Virus record (IMG/VR): IMGVR_UViG_3300042889_001272
Span: 1-64,000 of that record
DNA: 64,000 nt
Reading direction: 5' to 3' (one strand)
Numbering within the stretch: the stretch's first letter is position 1; the number at the start of each line of letters is the position of its first letter. The notes below the pieces were generated by a model. It did not search any database. It saw nothing but the letters and a program-made list of their open reading frames with translations, and was not told where the DNA came from. Of this stretch, positions 35,514 to 45,504 are shown one piece after another. The position numbers and the translations under genes are program-made.

Positions 35514-36293
35514 ATGTCCTACAAACGAATCATCAATAATGCTCTTGCGTCTAACACGCAATATCTACCCTACGTACAACTCAGCGCCACGGCACTGGTT
35601 CTACTCTATGCATTCCTTTTACCACAAGTTGGTTTACTGTGGTTACTGAGTGTGCTGATGTATGTGGGCATAGGCGGCCTCGGCATCAGCATAGGCTTTC
35701 ATAGATTATTAACACATAAAAGTTTTAAGACTAGTAAATTCTGGGAATACTTTTGTGCAACATGGGGTGCCCTTGCATTCACAGGCAGTGCAATCGGTTG
35801 GGTGGGTATGCACAGGGATCATCACAAGTACAGCGACAAGCCTGGTGACCCACACAGTCCCATGGTCAGTGGTCCCAAGATGTTGGTAGCTGCCTATGAC
35901 TATGAGCCCAACAAGTGGAAAATACGACATTTGATTTTTGACAAGTATCATATCTTTATGCACAAGTGGTACTTTGGTTTGCTATTATTATGGACAATAT
36001 TCTGGGCTGTTATAGATCCTGTGTTGGCCATGCACGTTGTTGTCATCCCTGCGGTGTTCAGTGTTTGGAGCAGTACAACCAGTAACTACATGAACCACCG
36101 TTGGGGTTATAAGAATTTTGAAACCAGCGACAACAGTCGAAATCTTTGGATCAATGCTATATTCACATTTGGCGAAGGCTGGCACAACAATCACCATGCT
36201 CGACCAGGCAACTATGACTTTGGCAGTGGCACCAGTGGCAAGTGGTGGGAATTTGATCCCGCCGCCAGAGTCATTGAATTAATTAGACGATGA
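35514..36293 (+). CDS. Membrane fatty-acid desaturase (delta-9-like)
   Basis: HRLLTH, HRDHH, GEGWHNNHH. Confidence 0.92.
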   Translation: MSYKRIINNALASNTQYLPYVQLSATALVLLYAFLLPQVGLLWLLSVLMYVGIGGLGISIGFHRLLTHKSFKTSKFWEYFCATWGALAFTGSAIGWVGMHRDHHKYSDKPGDPHSPMVSGPKMLVAAYDYEPNKWKIRHLIFDKYHIFMHKWYFGLLLLWTIFWAVIDPVLAMHVVVIPAVFSVWSSTTSNYMNHRWGYKNFETSDNSRNLWINAIFTFGEGWHNNHHARPGNYDFGSGTSGKWWEFDPAARVIELIRR

Positions 36294-37045
36294 TATTTGG
36301 ATCCACAAGTAGAAATATAAATCTACTAACTATTTTTGTTTTTATTAGCAGTGTAGTTGGATTGTTTTTTGTTGATTACACATTGAACAACATACTAATC
36401 ATGTTAACAAGTTTTTATGTTTTGAACATCCTGGGAGTATGGATGACATTTCATAGATATTATAGTCATAAAAGTTTTGCACTAAATCCCGTGCTTAAAT
36501 GGCTGTTTTCTATTATTGCTTTATTAACAGGTCGCGGTAGTATCTTGGGCTGGGTTTACCTACATAGACTACATCACGCATACAGTGACCGAGACAAGGA
36601 CCCTCATAGCCCTCATAATTTAGGATATAAATTATTTGGCTTTGGACACATGAAACAGCAAGAGGGTGAAATGAAGATATTCTTGGTTAAAGAATTAATG
36701 ACACCGGCTCAATTGTTTATACATAAATGGTACATGCTGTTGTTAATACCCGTGCTTATTATTTTTGCAGTAATAGATTTACAATTATTTTATTGGGCTT
36801 GGCTAGTGCCTGCAATGTTAATACAGTTCAGCACCAGCAACTTTAATTACTTTGGCCACACGCATGGCTATAGGAATTTTGAAACAAAAGATCATAGTAG
36901 AAATAACGCATGGCTTTGGCCCATTATACTGGGCGAAGCGTGGCACAATAATCATCACGGCGACGCAAAGAATCCCAGCACAACATATAAATTCTGGGAA
37001 ATAGATCCTTTGACATGGGTGATTAAACTAGTATGTACAAAGTAA
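36290..37045 (+). CDS. Membrane fatty-acid desaturase (delta-9-like)
   Basis: HRYYSH, HRLHH, GEAWHNNHH. Confidence 0.92.
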   Translation: MIFGSTSRNINLLTIFVFISSVVGLFFVDYTLNNILIMLTSFYVLNILGVWMTFHRYYSHKSFALNPVLKWLFSIIALLTGRGSILGWVYLHRLHHAYSDRDKDPHSPHNLGYKLFGFGHMKQQEGEMKIFLVKELMTPAQLFIHKWYMLLLIPVLIIFAVIDLQLFYWAWLVPAMLIQFSTSNFNYFGHTHGYRNFETKDHSRNNAWLWPIILGEAWHNNHHGDAKNPSTTYKFWEIDPLTWVIKLVCTK

Positions 37046-37674
37046 AAAAATACAATAAATTAACCAAGTCAGAACTACAACGTTTTTGGGATACTATAGA
37101 ATTAGAATGTCAAAAAGATACCAGTCCTGCCATGATCAATATGCACAGCAAAACTTGGAGAAATGAAAATAATACTCTACGCTATATATTAGAAGTAGAA
37201 AATAAATTCGATCACGGCGAATACTTTGTGTTGTTTGACGATAAATTACCAGTGGCCAGCGGCGGCGTTTACTTCAGTGAATGGACCGAAGATATTGCAA
37301 TGGCGGGTATCAGAACATGGGCACACACCGAACATAGAAACAAATTATTAGTTGCCGAATACATTCTCCCTGCATGTAAGGCATGGGCAGTTAAATACAA
37401 ATGTAAATTTATTACATTGACATTTAATGATTATAATAAAAATTTAATCAAAGTATGTATTAGAACTCGTGCTGGAGAAAGTGCTACTAGAATTTCTGGC
37501 AGAACTCCACGCCGATTATTCTATAATGGCGCAACAGTGGTTGACTTTCCATTAGAAATCAACTATACTAAACAATGGCTGATATACGAAAAGTTGGACA
37601 GTGAATTTTTATTTAATTGGGAAGAATTCAAATGGCAGGACAAGATAAAGATTGTGAAGAGAAAGCTGGGCTGA
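37033..37674 (+). CDS. Putative GNAT acetyltransferase
   Basis: PVASGGV...RTWAHTEHRNK...KAWA...CKFITLTFN. Confidence 0.55.
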   Translation: MYKVKKYNKLTKSELQRFWDTIELECQKDTSPAMINMHSKTWRNENNTLRYILEVENKFDHGEYFVLFDDKLPVASGGVYFSEWTEDIAMAGIRTWAHTEHRNKLLVAEYILPACKAWAVKYKCKFITLTFNDYNKNLIKVCIRTRAGESATRISGRTPRRLFYNGATVVDFPLEINYTKQWLIYEKLDSEFLFNWEEFKWQDKIKIVKRKLG

Positions 37675-38246
37675 GTAAAAGCCCTGATAGATATACATTC
37701 CAACGTAATAATTATCTTGCACGTAAAATAGAAGAAGGCAAGCAGGACGATCCTAATACTATTGCTATGCTAGAATACTATGATGAACTTCCAAAAAGGC
37801 AAGCGGACCGAGAAGAGAATCCTGACTGGAAAGAAAATAACATGGAGTACGATCTACGCAATACTTCTTGGATCTGTGATAAAGTAAAAAGCGATGATGT
37901 TTACGCACAAAACTTATATGCTGCCATGTGTAACAATGACTTTCAACGCAATGATATGATGCCCATACTCAAAGATCAACAGTGGAGTTGTAGTTGGAGA
38001 TATGCCGGTGGCATTGTAGCAGACATGCAGGGAAAAGGTGATTACATTGACTGGTACTGTAGTGGTATTAAAAATACTGGTCCAATAGAACAAAGTGAAT
38101 GGGATAATTTAACTTTAGAACAACAACTACGATACAAGGAAACAGAAGCCTATGTATCGGAAAGTGTGGTCACTGACGAGATTCGCAGTGACCTAAAGAA
38201 ACTAGGTTGGCTAGTTTTGGAAGACAACAACGAAATGGATATATAA
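37617..38246 (+). CDS. Hypothetical phage protein (start uncertain)
   Basis: Long ORF with a distinctive YAQNLYAAMCNN...WSCSWR...YIDWYCSG block. Confidence 0.65.
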   Translation: MGRIQMAGQDKDCEEKAGLSKSPDRYTFQRNNYLARKIEEGKQDDPNTIAMLEYYDELPKRQADREENPDWKENNMEYDLRNTSWICDKVKSDDVYAQNLYAAMCNNDFQRNDMMPILKDQQWSCSWRYAGGIVADMQGKGDYIDWYCSGIKNTGPIEQSEWDNLTLEQQLRYKETEAYVSESVVTDEIRSDLKKLGWLVLEDNNEMDI

Positions 38247-38446
38247 TGGCTAGAATTACCAGTGAAAAAGCAGTGGAAGCAGTGGGAAATAGATTTGATC
38301 TAGTGTTGATCGCTTGTCAACGTGCCCGCGAATTGAAGCGAGGCGCTATGCCAAAAGTTTCAAGTAAAAATAGCGCAGTAGTAACAGCACTGCGTGAAAT
38401 TGAAGCGGGTCATATAGGTCGTGATTATTTAAAACGTATTCAATAA
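38246..38446 (+). CDS. rpoZ: RNA polymerase omega subunit
   Basis: MARIT..AVE.VGNRFDLVLIA..RAREL...V.ALREIEAG. Confidence 0.92.
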   Translation: MARITSEKAVEAVGNRFDLVLIACQRARELKRGAMPKVSSKNSAVVTALREIEAGHIGRDYLKRIQ

Positions 38447-38490
38447 TCAAATTTATCTTCTGATGACTTGTGCATCTATATAAATATTGT

Positions 38491-39189
38491 ATGAGATCAT
38501 CGGAAGATAAAGAATTACTAGTGTCTAGATTCACTGATACTATCTATGTAGAAGAATTTCTCCAGCCTGAAGAAATCCAGTATCTAGTCCAACTGTTTGA
38601 TAACTCAAACGACAAAATTTATAAGAACACCGGACCCGTGACTTCTAATTCTATTATGAAAGATTCTATTTTGGAATCTATAGTAGAAAGACTCAGACCT
38701 TTAATTGGTGATTTTAAGATTTATTCTGCGGCATTCTTTAATGTAAAAACGCCGCATATCATACACAATGATGATGAGAAGTCATTTCCTTTGACTTATA
38801 AAGCAATTACATTGCCATTGAAATTAGAGTATTCTGTGGTCTCTACAGAGCTACCCAGTCTGTGTATCTTTGATCAGTATTACTTGGAAGGCCCGAGTAA
38901 ATTTTTTAATGGCTCCAATGATATTCCCACATATTATAATCAACAAATCTACGAATACTCCGAAGTACAAAACAAATCTTCAACCGGTATCAGGGTAGAT
39001 GACATACAGAGATATCTAACACATATAAAACCAAATTGGTTACATGGACTTAGTTTAAATTCAATACATGCATGGAAGCCAGGATCTGCAATTATATTCG
39101 ATGCATTAAAACTTCATTGTGCCAGCGACTTTAGACAGCACAGCATTATCAGCAAACTGGGCATTAGTATTTTTACATACACTGATTAA
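38491..39189 (+). CDS. Fe(II)/2OG-dioxygenase-like protein
   Basis: IHND...LPL...WKPGSAIIFD...LHCA...K; TATAAATA 4 nt before the ATG. Confidence 0.65.
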   Translation: MRSSEDKELLVSRFTDTIYVEEFLQPEEIQYLVQLFDNSNDKIYKNTGPVTSNSIMKDSILESIVERLRPLIGDFKIYSAAFFNVKTPHIIHNDDEKSFPLTYKAITLPLKLEYSVVSTELPSLCIFDQYYLEGPSKFFNGSNDIPTYYNQQIYEYSEVQNKSSTGIRVDDIQRYLTHIKPNWLHGLSLNSIHAWKPGSAIIFDALKLHCASDFRQHSIISKLGISIFTYTD

Positions 39190-39191
39190 TT

Positions 39192-39803
39192 TTACAAAAA
39201 TAAAATTTTACTGTCGTTGACATTTTTTGCGGCATCTTCATAGTCTTGGAATTCTTTTATGTAGGTAAGGTCAAACAAAAGACTTGTTCTTTTACCTACA
39301 TAATTATCCACTGCATGTATAGCCGAATTATTAATCAGATACCATTTGTTAAGATCGAATCTATATCGATTTATTTCTGTCAATTCACTTTTTTCAAACA
39401 TTCTAGCAGCCACGGTATTATTAATATCCTTTTGTTTGTAAAATACAGTATCAGCCGCGCCTTCTACTACATAGATTATACTCATCTTTCTAAAGGTATC
39501 TGTATGTGGCGGCAGTTCGTTGATACTTCGTTGCAGTGTTATATATTCTAAAAATTTTCTATTAATTTTATGACCATGAAAAATCTCATCAAGGAAATTC
39601 ATATGCTCTGGCCATTTCTGCAATTGATACGATCCGGCCGTTTCAACTAAAAAATCATCCTGAACCATACTTTTGCCCTGTTCTATTCTTTTGAACCTTT
39701 TTCCATAATGCTTGTACTGTTCATAATGCTTGATTATTTTTTCAGAGACTTCTATCCCCAATGGTGGCCAGTTTAACTCAATGGCATTGTTCATATAAAT
39801 CAA
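39192..39803 (-). CDS. Fe(II)/2OG-dioxygenase-like protein
   Basis: PPHTD..R...WYLIN...IHAV...R. Confidence 0.7.
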   Translation of the reverse strand: MIYMNNAIELNWPPLGIEVSEKIIKHYEQYKHYGKRFKRIEQGKSMVQDDFLVETAGSYQLQKWPEHMNFLDEIFHGHKINRKFLEYITLQRSINELPPHTDTFRKMSIIYVVEGAADTVFYKQKDINNTVAARMFEKSELTEINRYRFDLNKWYLINNSAIHAVDNYVGKRTSLLFDLTYIKEFQDYEDAAKNVNDSKILFL

Positions 39804-40516
39804 TGCCCGTGTTTAAGATTTGCAATCAATTTAGATACATTGTCAGTGGTAAACGGTACGTTGAGAATCAGATGTATGCTGTTGTCAACCCAACTAATTG
39901 TTCTATGTGTTCGTCTAGTGTTGATGTAATAAGCTCGGCCTTCTTCAATTTGGAGTTTTGTATCGGCACCGATTATCCAGTCATAGTCATAAGTCCCACA
40001 ATGTTTTAAAAACACTGCGATTCTAAATGTTTCTCTTGGTATTTCAGGATGGTCTCTGTGTGGAGTAAAATATCCGCCTATGTTACTTTTTACTAAAAAT
40101 GTTCTGCCCAATGGAGAGAATGTATCCAATAAAGGATGTAAACTGGGACAATTTTGATAAACTGCTGTGTGATGAGAAAACTCTTTCTCAAATACTTTTC
40201 TGCCGGCAGCATGACTGGCCTGTGCTTGGCTGGGATTATCCTGATGTGTTTTGCCTTCGAGGTTAGTAATTGCTAGACCTTTTCTATTATTAAGTCTATC
40301 TGCTCTTGGCAAATAATCTACCCAGTCGTTGTCAAATTTTGCAATTTCACGATTGAACTGCCCCGGATCTATAAAAAAGTTTAAAGATTCAAAGTCTCCC
40401 AGTGTTAATAATGCCAATTCATCTGTGACAGTTTCTTGGCTAATTGCGGCGCTGTTATATTTGGTAGGTCTTCTCACAGCATGTTTTTTACCTACAATAA
40501 TATTTTTGTCATTCAT
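39800..40516 (-). CDS. AspH-like dioxygenase
   Basis: GGYFTPHRD...FRI...GRAYYINT...HRT...HLILN. Confidence 0.72.
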   Translation of the reverse strand: MNDKNIIVGKKHAVRRPTKYNSAAISQETVTDELALLTLGDFESLNFFIDPGQFNREIAKFDNDWVDYLPRADRLNNRKGLAITNLEGKTHQDNPSQAQASHAAGRKVFEKEFSHHTAVYQNCPSLHPLLDTFSPLGRTFLVKSNIGGYFTPHRDHPEIPRETFRIAVFLKHCGTYDYDWIIGADTKLQIEEGRAYYINTRRTHRTISWVDNSIHLILNVPFTTDNVSKLIANLKHGH

Positions 40517-40655
40517 ATTATAATTTATTATCTCTATTCAGAATACAAGATACACATTACGATAAATCAATGTCAATCTCACCGATACCGCCTGCAAAAG
40601 CCTGTTATTGCGATAAACGACATTGGAGATTCGGCTACCTTGAATAAATATCAGT

Positions 40656-41171
40656 ATGCATATACAGTTTAAATCAATTTACCCTAAATTCAAAGAAGTA
40701 TTGGATCAATGTATATATCTAGGCAAAGAATACGCTGATTGGCCGAATAACGAAGAAGGCCAGTTAGCTATTCAAACAGATGATCCAAATATAGATAACT
40801 GGACTTCTGGAATAGGAAAAAGTGTTGCAAAAACTCCCGAGTGGGAGCAACAATTTAGATATATTCAACCAAGTTTAATTGGCACGCCTGTAGATAGATA
40901 TATCAAATGGCTGGGTATTCCCGTTTATCGAACAAGAATTATGTTATCTAAATCTAAATCTTGTTACAGTGTTCATCGTGATTACAGTCCAAGATTGCAT
41001 CTCCCGTTGATAACTAATAAGCAATGCAATTTTTTAATTACAGATCCCATACAGTTTTTTCATTTGCCAGCCGATGGCAGAACAACTTGGGTAAACACAA
41101 CCATGCCCCATACTTTCATGAATGGCAGTTTAGAAAATAGATTACATCTAGTAATGATAACAAAGGAATAA
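40656..41171 (+). CDS. AspH-like dioxygenase
   Basis: RTRIM...CYSVHRD...RLHLPLITN...PADG...HTFMN...RLHLV. Confidence 0.78.
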   Translation: MHIQFKSIYPKFKEVLDQCIYLGKEYADWPNNEEGQLAIQTDDPNIDNWTSGIGKSVAKTPEWEQQFRYIQPSLIGTPVDRYIKWLGIPVYRTRIMLSKSKSCYSVHRDYSPRLHLPLITNKQCNFLITDPIQFFHLPADGRTTWVNTTMPHTFMNGSLENRLHLVMITKE

Positions 41172-41172
41172 T

Positions 41173-41496
41173 ATGATCACAATTACAGAAAACGTTGATA
41201 CAAAAGTATCGTCAATATTAAAAGAAGAAAATGATCCTACCGCAAGTCTACGAGTATTTGTGCAAGGCGGCGGCTGTTCAGGAATGAGTTATGGCTTTAC
41301 TTTAGAAACTGAACAAAATGAAGATGACTTTGTCATTGAACAACAAGGCGTAAAATACCTTGTTGATGCAATGAGTATGCAATACTTACAAGGTTCTGTT
41401 ATTGATTACAAAGAAGACATTGAAGGTTCAAACTTTGTAATTAAAAATCCCAATGCAGAAACTAGCTGTGGTTGTGGTAGTAGCTTCAGCGTATGA
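41173..41496 (+). CDS. erpA: A-type Fe-S carrier (ErpA/IscA, HesB family)
   Basis: [28 protein letters not shown]. Confidence 0.92.
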   Translation: MITITENVDTKVSSILKEENDPTASLRVFVQGGGCSGMSYGFTLETEQNEDDFVIEQQGVKYLVDAMSMQYLQGSVIDYKEDIEGSNFVIKNPNAETSCGCGSSFSV

Positions 41497-41738
41497 TGGT
41501 CAGTAAGATCACCGAAGCAGTGATCTACGAAAGTCCGGATGGTGGCGAAACCATCTATGTTCGAGAATCGGGTAGTAGTCAACGACAACTTCATGTTGAA
41601 AGTCCAAGAGCAGTTAGTCTGCATGAACAAATAAAAGAAAATCAACTTTGGGGACAAATACGCAGAGCTGCCAAAACTAATCCCACACTACAACGTGTTC
41701 TTGAAGAAGCAGTTTTAATTTATACCTTATCAAAATAA
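41493..41738 (+). CDS. Hypothetical phage protein ([14 protein letters not shown])
   Basis: 81-aa ORF coupled to erpA. Confidence 0.65.
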   Translation: MMVSKITEAVIYESPDGGETIYVRESGSSQRQLHVESPRAVSLHEQIKENQLWGQIRRAAKTNPTLQRVLEEAVLIYTLSK

Positions 41739-41767
41739 TTGACATAAAATCTCAGTTGTAGTATAAT
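41739..41767 (+). promoter_or_regulatory. Sigma70-type promoter
   Basis: TTGACA-17-TATAAT, with SD ggag. Confidence 0.8.
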
Positions 41768-41790
41768 ATACAAATATTACTGGAGAATCT

Positions 41791-42183
41791 ATGAGTATGC
41801 ATCTTCATCACCCTAGCCTTAGCTATAATGGCAAGAAAAAAGGCAAGGTTAAGTTTGCCAGTGCGGCAGCAAAACACAAGGCGGAACAATTGGACAAAGA
41901 ATGGCGAGAACTACAGGCTAAATGGGGTGTAGACGCAGAAGAGAAAAAGCGTAAGCGAGCGATGTCTGCCGAACCTTTGGATTATAAACTGTCTGCTCCT
42001 GTGGGGCGAGAAACACAAAAGATTGCCAGTCGTGACACTGGACATAGTGGTGCAGTTAAAACTAAAGGTATTCCACAATACACAGGTACAAAAGTTTTAG
42101 GTATTGGTACTATGCATAAAAGTAATGCTGTTCCAATTTTCAGTAACGAAGAAGCAATATCAATTTCAACAATGCGGAGATAA
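41791..42183 (+). CDS. Basic hypothetical phage protein (GTMHKSNAVP)
   Basis: 130-aa ORF after a promoter. Confidence 0.7.
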   Translation: MSMHLHHPSLSYNGKKKGKVKFASAAAKHKAEQLDKEWRELQAKWGVDAEEKKRKRAMSAEPLDYKLSAPVGRETQKIASRDTGHSGAVKTKGIPQYTGTKVLGIGTMHKSNAVPIFSNEEAISISTMRR

Positions 42184-42187
42184 TATT

Positions 42188-42685
42188 ATGAATCAGCAAT
42201 TAATCAATATGGCATTTAGCAATTACTATCGTAAAGAAATTTTTTCTTTAGAAGAAGCACTGCATTTTCTCGGAGACCGTAACTTGATTAATATTGGAGA
42301 ACTTGCCGAATTTGCTATTCAACGTAAAGGCAAATTAAAGAAAAATGCACGTAATACTAAAGGCAGCGACTTCGAAGATAACAGCGACAGTAAATATGTC
42401 ACCGTTTCGCATTATGAAACTAAACTGGGGACTATTTCCAGTTATGCTTCAATCAGTGGATTGAGAAATAAAATTGGAACTTTGAGAGTAATGGTTTACG
42501 AACCAATAACTGATGTTAATTACTTTTTTAGAATTCCTCACAGGGTTTATGCTCCCTACACTGACGCAGATGATAGTTTGAAAATCTGGTTTGACAGCAA
42601 CGGGTCTCCGCGTGTGCCAACACGTAGTAATATTAGATATAATTTATGGGACTATGAATGCTCGCAAGCAGAATATGTATCTTAA
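42188..42685 (+). CDS. Hypothetical protein
   Basis: 165-aa ORF with SD ggag; E...D...DxK pattern is weakly nuclease-like. Confidence 0.6.
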   Translation: MNQQLINMAFSNYYRKEIFSLEEALHFLGDRNLINIGELAEFAIQRKGKLKKNARNTKGSDFEDNSDSKYVTVSHYETKLGTISSYASISGLRNKIGTLRVMVYEPITDVNYFFRIPHRVYAPYTDADDSLKIWFDSNGSPRVPTRSNIRYNLWDYECSQAEYVS

Positions 42686-42710
42686 ATAAATAAAGCAAAA
42701 GGAAATATAA

Positions 42711-43034
42711 ATGACTTATGTCGTAACAGAAAATTGTATCAAGTGCAAACACACAGATTGCGTGGCCGTTTGTCCAGTGGATTGCTTCTATGAAGGACCA
42801 AACTTTCTAGTAATTAATCCCGACGAATGTATTGATTGTGCAGTATGTGTACCGGAATGTCCCATTGATGCGATTTATGCCGACACTGATCTGCCAGAAG
42901 ATCAAAAAGTTTTTATAGAATGGAACAAAGAATTGAGTAAGTCTTGGAAAAGAATTACTAAACAAAAACCAGCCCTACCTGATCACGAGGCATGGAATGG
43001 TAAACCAAATAAACGTGATTTATTAGAAAGGTAA
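42711..43034 (+). CDS. fdxA: 7Fe ferredoxin (Azotobacter FdI type)
   Basis: [49 protein letters not shown]. Confidence 0.95.
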   Translation: MTYVVTENCIKCKHTDCVAVCPVDCFYEGPNFLVINPDECIDCAVCVPECPIDAIYADTDLPEDQKVFIEWNKELSKSWKRITKQKPALPDHEAWNGKPNKRDLLER

Positions 43035-43039
43035 TCGAA

Positions 43040-43708
43040 ATGGAATACGCAGTTTATAGAAGTGCCGGTGAAATCAATTCAGCAATGGGTCGTGTCTATG
43101 GACACATGAGTCTAGCTGTTATTGTATCGATGTTTGTAAGTTATTTTGTAGGTTCAAGCCCTGAACTATTGCAGTTCTTCTTTACAGGTGTACTGAAATG
43201 GATTATAATTTTTGCACCATTGGTGGCAATCTTTGCAATTAGTTTTGCCATGGAAAAGGCAAACAAACAAGGTGCTCAACTCATGCTCTATGGTTTCTCA
43301 GCATTAATGGGATTAAGTTTTGCTATGATATTTGCTGTATTTACAATGGGTAGTATTGTAAGTGCATTCATGGGAGCGGCAATTTTATTTGCTGTAATGA
43401 GCGGTTATGGCTACTTTACCAAACGCAGTTTAGACAGCATGGGACAGTTTATGTTCATTGGTTTAATTGCCATTGTCATTGCCAGCATTGTTAATATCTT
43501 TATCGGCAGCTCAGTAATGCAAACAGTTATCAGCGCATTGGCAATTATTATCTTCCTTGGATTAACTGCCTATGATACACAAAAGATTAGAGAAGAAGTT
43601 AGTTATGAAACTAACGGAGTTGCTGAAGTTCGCGGCGCATTAACGCTGTACATGGATTTTATCAATTTGTTTCTCAACTTATTAAATTTATTTGGAGATA
43701 GAAAATGA
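43040..43708 (+). CDS. Bax inhibitor-1/YccA family membrane protein
   Basis: About 7 TM segments, AYDTQKI, ALTLYMDFINLF. Confidence 0.9.
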   Translation: MEYAVYRSAGEINSAMGRVYGHMSLAVIVSMFVSYFVGSSPELLQFFFTGVLKWIIIFAPLVAIFAISFAMEKANKQGAQLMLYGFSALMGLSFAMIFAVFTMGSIVSAFMGAAILFAVMSGYGYFTKRSLDSMGQFMFIGLIAIVIASIVNIFIGSSVMQTVISALAIIIFLGLTAYDTQKIREEVSYETNGVAEVRGALTLYMDFINLFLNLLNLFGDRK

Positions 43709-44214
43709 CATTGGCACTAAAAAAAGGACAGACAGTAGATCTAGGGGTTGTATATAGAATTAATCCTAATGGACTTCATGAAAGCGTGAATATTAAAGAC
43801 TTGTTCGCAGGCCGAAGATTATTAGTATTCATGGGTCCGGCACCTTTCAGTAAACTAGATACTGAACAAGCCATTGAATTTGAACGTCAAAGTAAACAAA
43901 TCCTTGCACAAAAAATTGATGACATCATTGGCATCTATGTACAAGATGCGTTTGTAATGAAAAAATATCAAGAATTTGTATATGAGTCTGGCGGCACTAA
44001 CAATGTACAATTTTATGGTGACGGTGATGGATTTTTTGTTAAAGCAAATAACTTATCACATGACTTTACATTTGAAGGATTGAGTACAAGATCCGGTCGG
44101 TGGGCGTTTGTAATCAATGACGGCGTTATTGAATATGTAACGGTTGACGATTACTCGGTAGTAGAAACAACCAGTGCTAACAGTATTCTAAAACAATTGA
44201 AGAATGAAGCCTAA
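43705..44214 (+). CDS. Peroxiredoxin (Prx5/Redoxin)-like protein with no Cys
   Basis: DLFAGRR, DAFVM, DGDG.F, G.STRS.RWA...DG.I match Prx5; the PGAFTPTC motif is replaced by PAPFSKLD. Confidence 0.7.
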   Translation: MTLALKKGQTVDLGVVYRINPNGLHESVNIKDLFAGRRLLVFMGPAPFSKLDTEQAIEFERQSKQILAQKIDDIIGIYVQDAFVMKKYQEFVYESGGTNNVQFYGDGDGFFVKANNLSHDFTFEGLSTRSGRWAFVINDGVIEYVTVDDYSVVETTSANSILKQLKNEA

Positions 44215-44719
44215 ATTTAGACTACTCTACAGTATTATGGCGCAGGAAGTAGCTAAAATGAGTCATGCTCGTAGGCTACAAGTAGGCGCAGTTATTGTCA
44301 AAGACGACAGAGTTATCAGTATGGGCTACAATGGTATGCCCGCAGGTTGGGACAATGACTGTGAACTTCGAGAGTATATGTCAAGGGATGCTGGTGGTTG
44401 GCTCAGCCCAGTTGAAATAATGGAAAACTGGCCGTATCAAGAAGATGAAACATCTTTTCAACTTGAAAGACGATACCGATTAAAAACAAGACCAGAAGTA
44501 CTTCATGCAGAATCAAATGCTATAGCAAAATTGGCGAAGAGTAACGACAGTGGTGATGGCGCTGACATATTTGTTACTCACGCTCCTTGCATGGAATGCA
44601 GTAAACTTATTTTTCAGTCAGGTATTCGTAGGGTATATTATAGTTCGGACTACAGGGACGACAGTGGTATTAAATTCCTTAAACAAAGCGGAGTAGAGGT
44701 AATCAAACATGACGAATAA
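44204..44719 (+). CDS. dCMP deaminase
   Basis: VGAVIV, GYNG.P.G, HAE.NAI, PCMEC. Confidence 0.9.
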   Translation: MKPKFRLLYSIMAQEVAKMSHARRLQVGAVIVKDDRVISMGYNGMPAGWDNDCELREYMSRDAGGWLSPVEIMENWPYQEDETSFQLERRYRLKTRPEVLHAESNAIAKLAKSNDSGDGADIFVTHAPCMECSKLIFQSGIRRVYYSSDYRDDSGIKFLKQSGVEVIKHDE

Positions 44720-44939
44720 ATGGACAATTACATTGGAAGAAGCCGAAGATGGCAGTGGTGATTTGGTTATGCCATTACCGCAGGACTTGTTAGACAGCGC
44801 AAGTTGGCAGGAAGGCGACACGCTTAATTGGACAGATCTGGGCAATGGCACTTGGAGCTTGACAAAGCAACAGCCTGATGTTACAATAGAAGAAGAGGAA
44901 GCATGGCGCGACCTTGAAAGTAAAATAAACAAGGCTTAA
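44709..44939 (+). CDS. AbrB/SpoVT-like small protein
   Basis: GDLVMPLPQDLL...W.EGD.L.W swapped-hairpin pattern. Confidence 0.6.
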   Translation: MTNKWTITLEEAEDGSGDLVMPLPQDLLDSASWQEGDTLNWTDLGNGTWSLTKQQPDVTIEEEEAWRDLESKINKA

Positions 44940-44940
44940 C

Positions 44941-45504
44941 ATGGCAGACATTATGGTGGACATTGAAACTCTAGCCACCACACCTGAAGCAGTAGTCATC
45001 ACAATCGGCGCAATTCGCTTTGATCCTTTTGCCGACGATAGAACTAGTTATGAAGGCGACAAGATCCTCATGGATACTTTCTATCGTAGAATTGACCCTG
45101 AGAGTTTTACTTGGCCCAGTGCTCACATTGATGACAACACTCTAGCTTGGTGGAGTAAACAAAAACCTGAAGTACAACACGAAGCATTTACAGACGATGA
45201 TAGACATCCTATTCAAGAAGTCATGCTGGACTTTCATCGTTGGTGTGGCGGTTATCAAAATATGTGGGCCAATGGTCCTGCATTTGATATTGTTATTTTA
45301 GAAGAAGTGTGTAAACAACTTAAACGAGGTGCACCTTGGCAGTATTGGCAAGTAAAAGACACTAGAACTGTGTATGGTCTAGTGGAACACGAACGTCCTA
45401 ATCCCAGACTGCATCATGCCGCGTGGGACTGTTGGAGTCAAATTGTTGCATTACAAAGTTGTTTCAGAAACTTAAATATAACAAAATACCCAGAGAGAAA
45501 ATAA
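44941..45504 (+). CDS. DEDDh 3'-5' exonuclease (Rv2179c/DUF5051-like)
   Basis: MVDIETL, WANGPAFD, DTRT, HHAAWD. Confidence 0.85.
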   Translation: MADIMVDIETLATTPEAVVITIGAIRFDPFADDRTSYEGDKILMDTFYRRIDPESFTWPSAHIDDNTLAWWSKQKPEVQHEAFTDDDRHPIQEVMLDFHRWCGGYQNMWANGPAFDIVILEEVCKQLKRGAPWQYWQVKDTRTVYGLVEHERPNPRLHHAAWDCWSQIVALQSCFRNLNITKYPERK

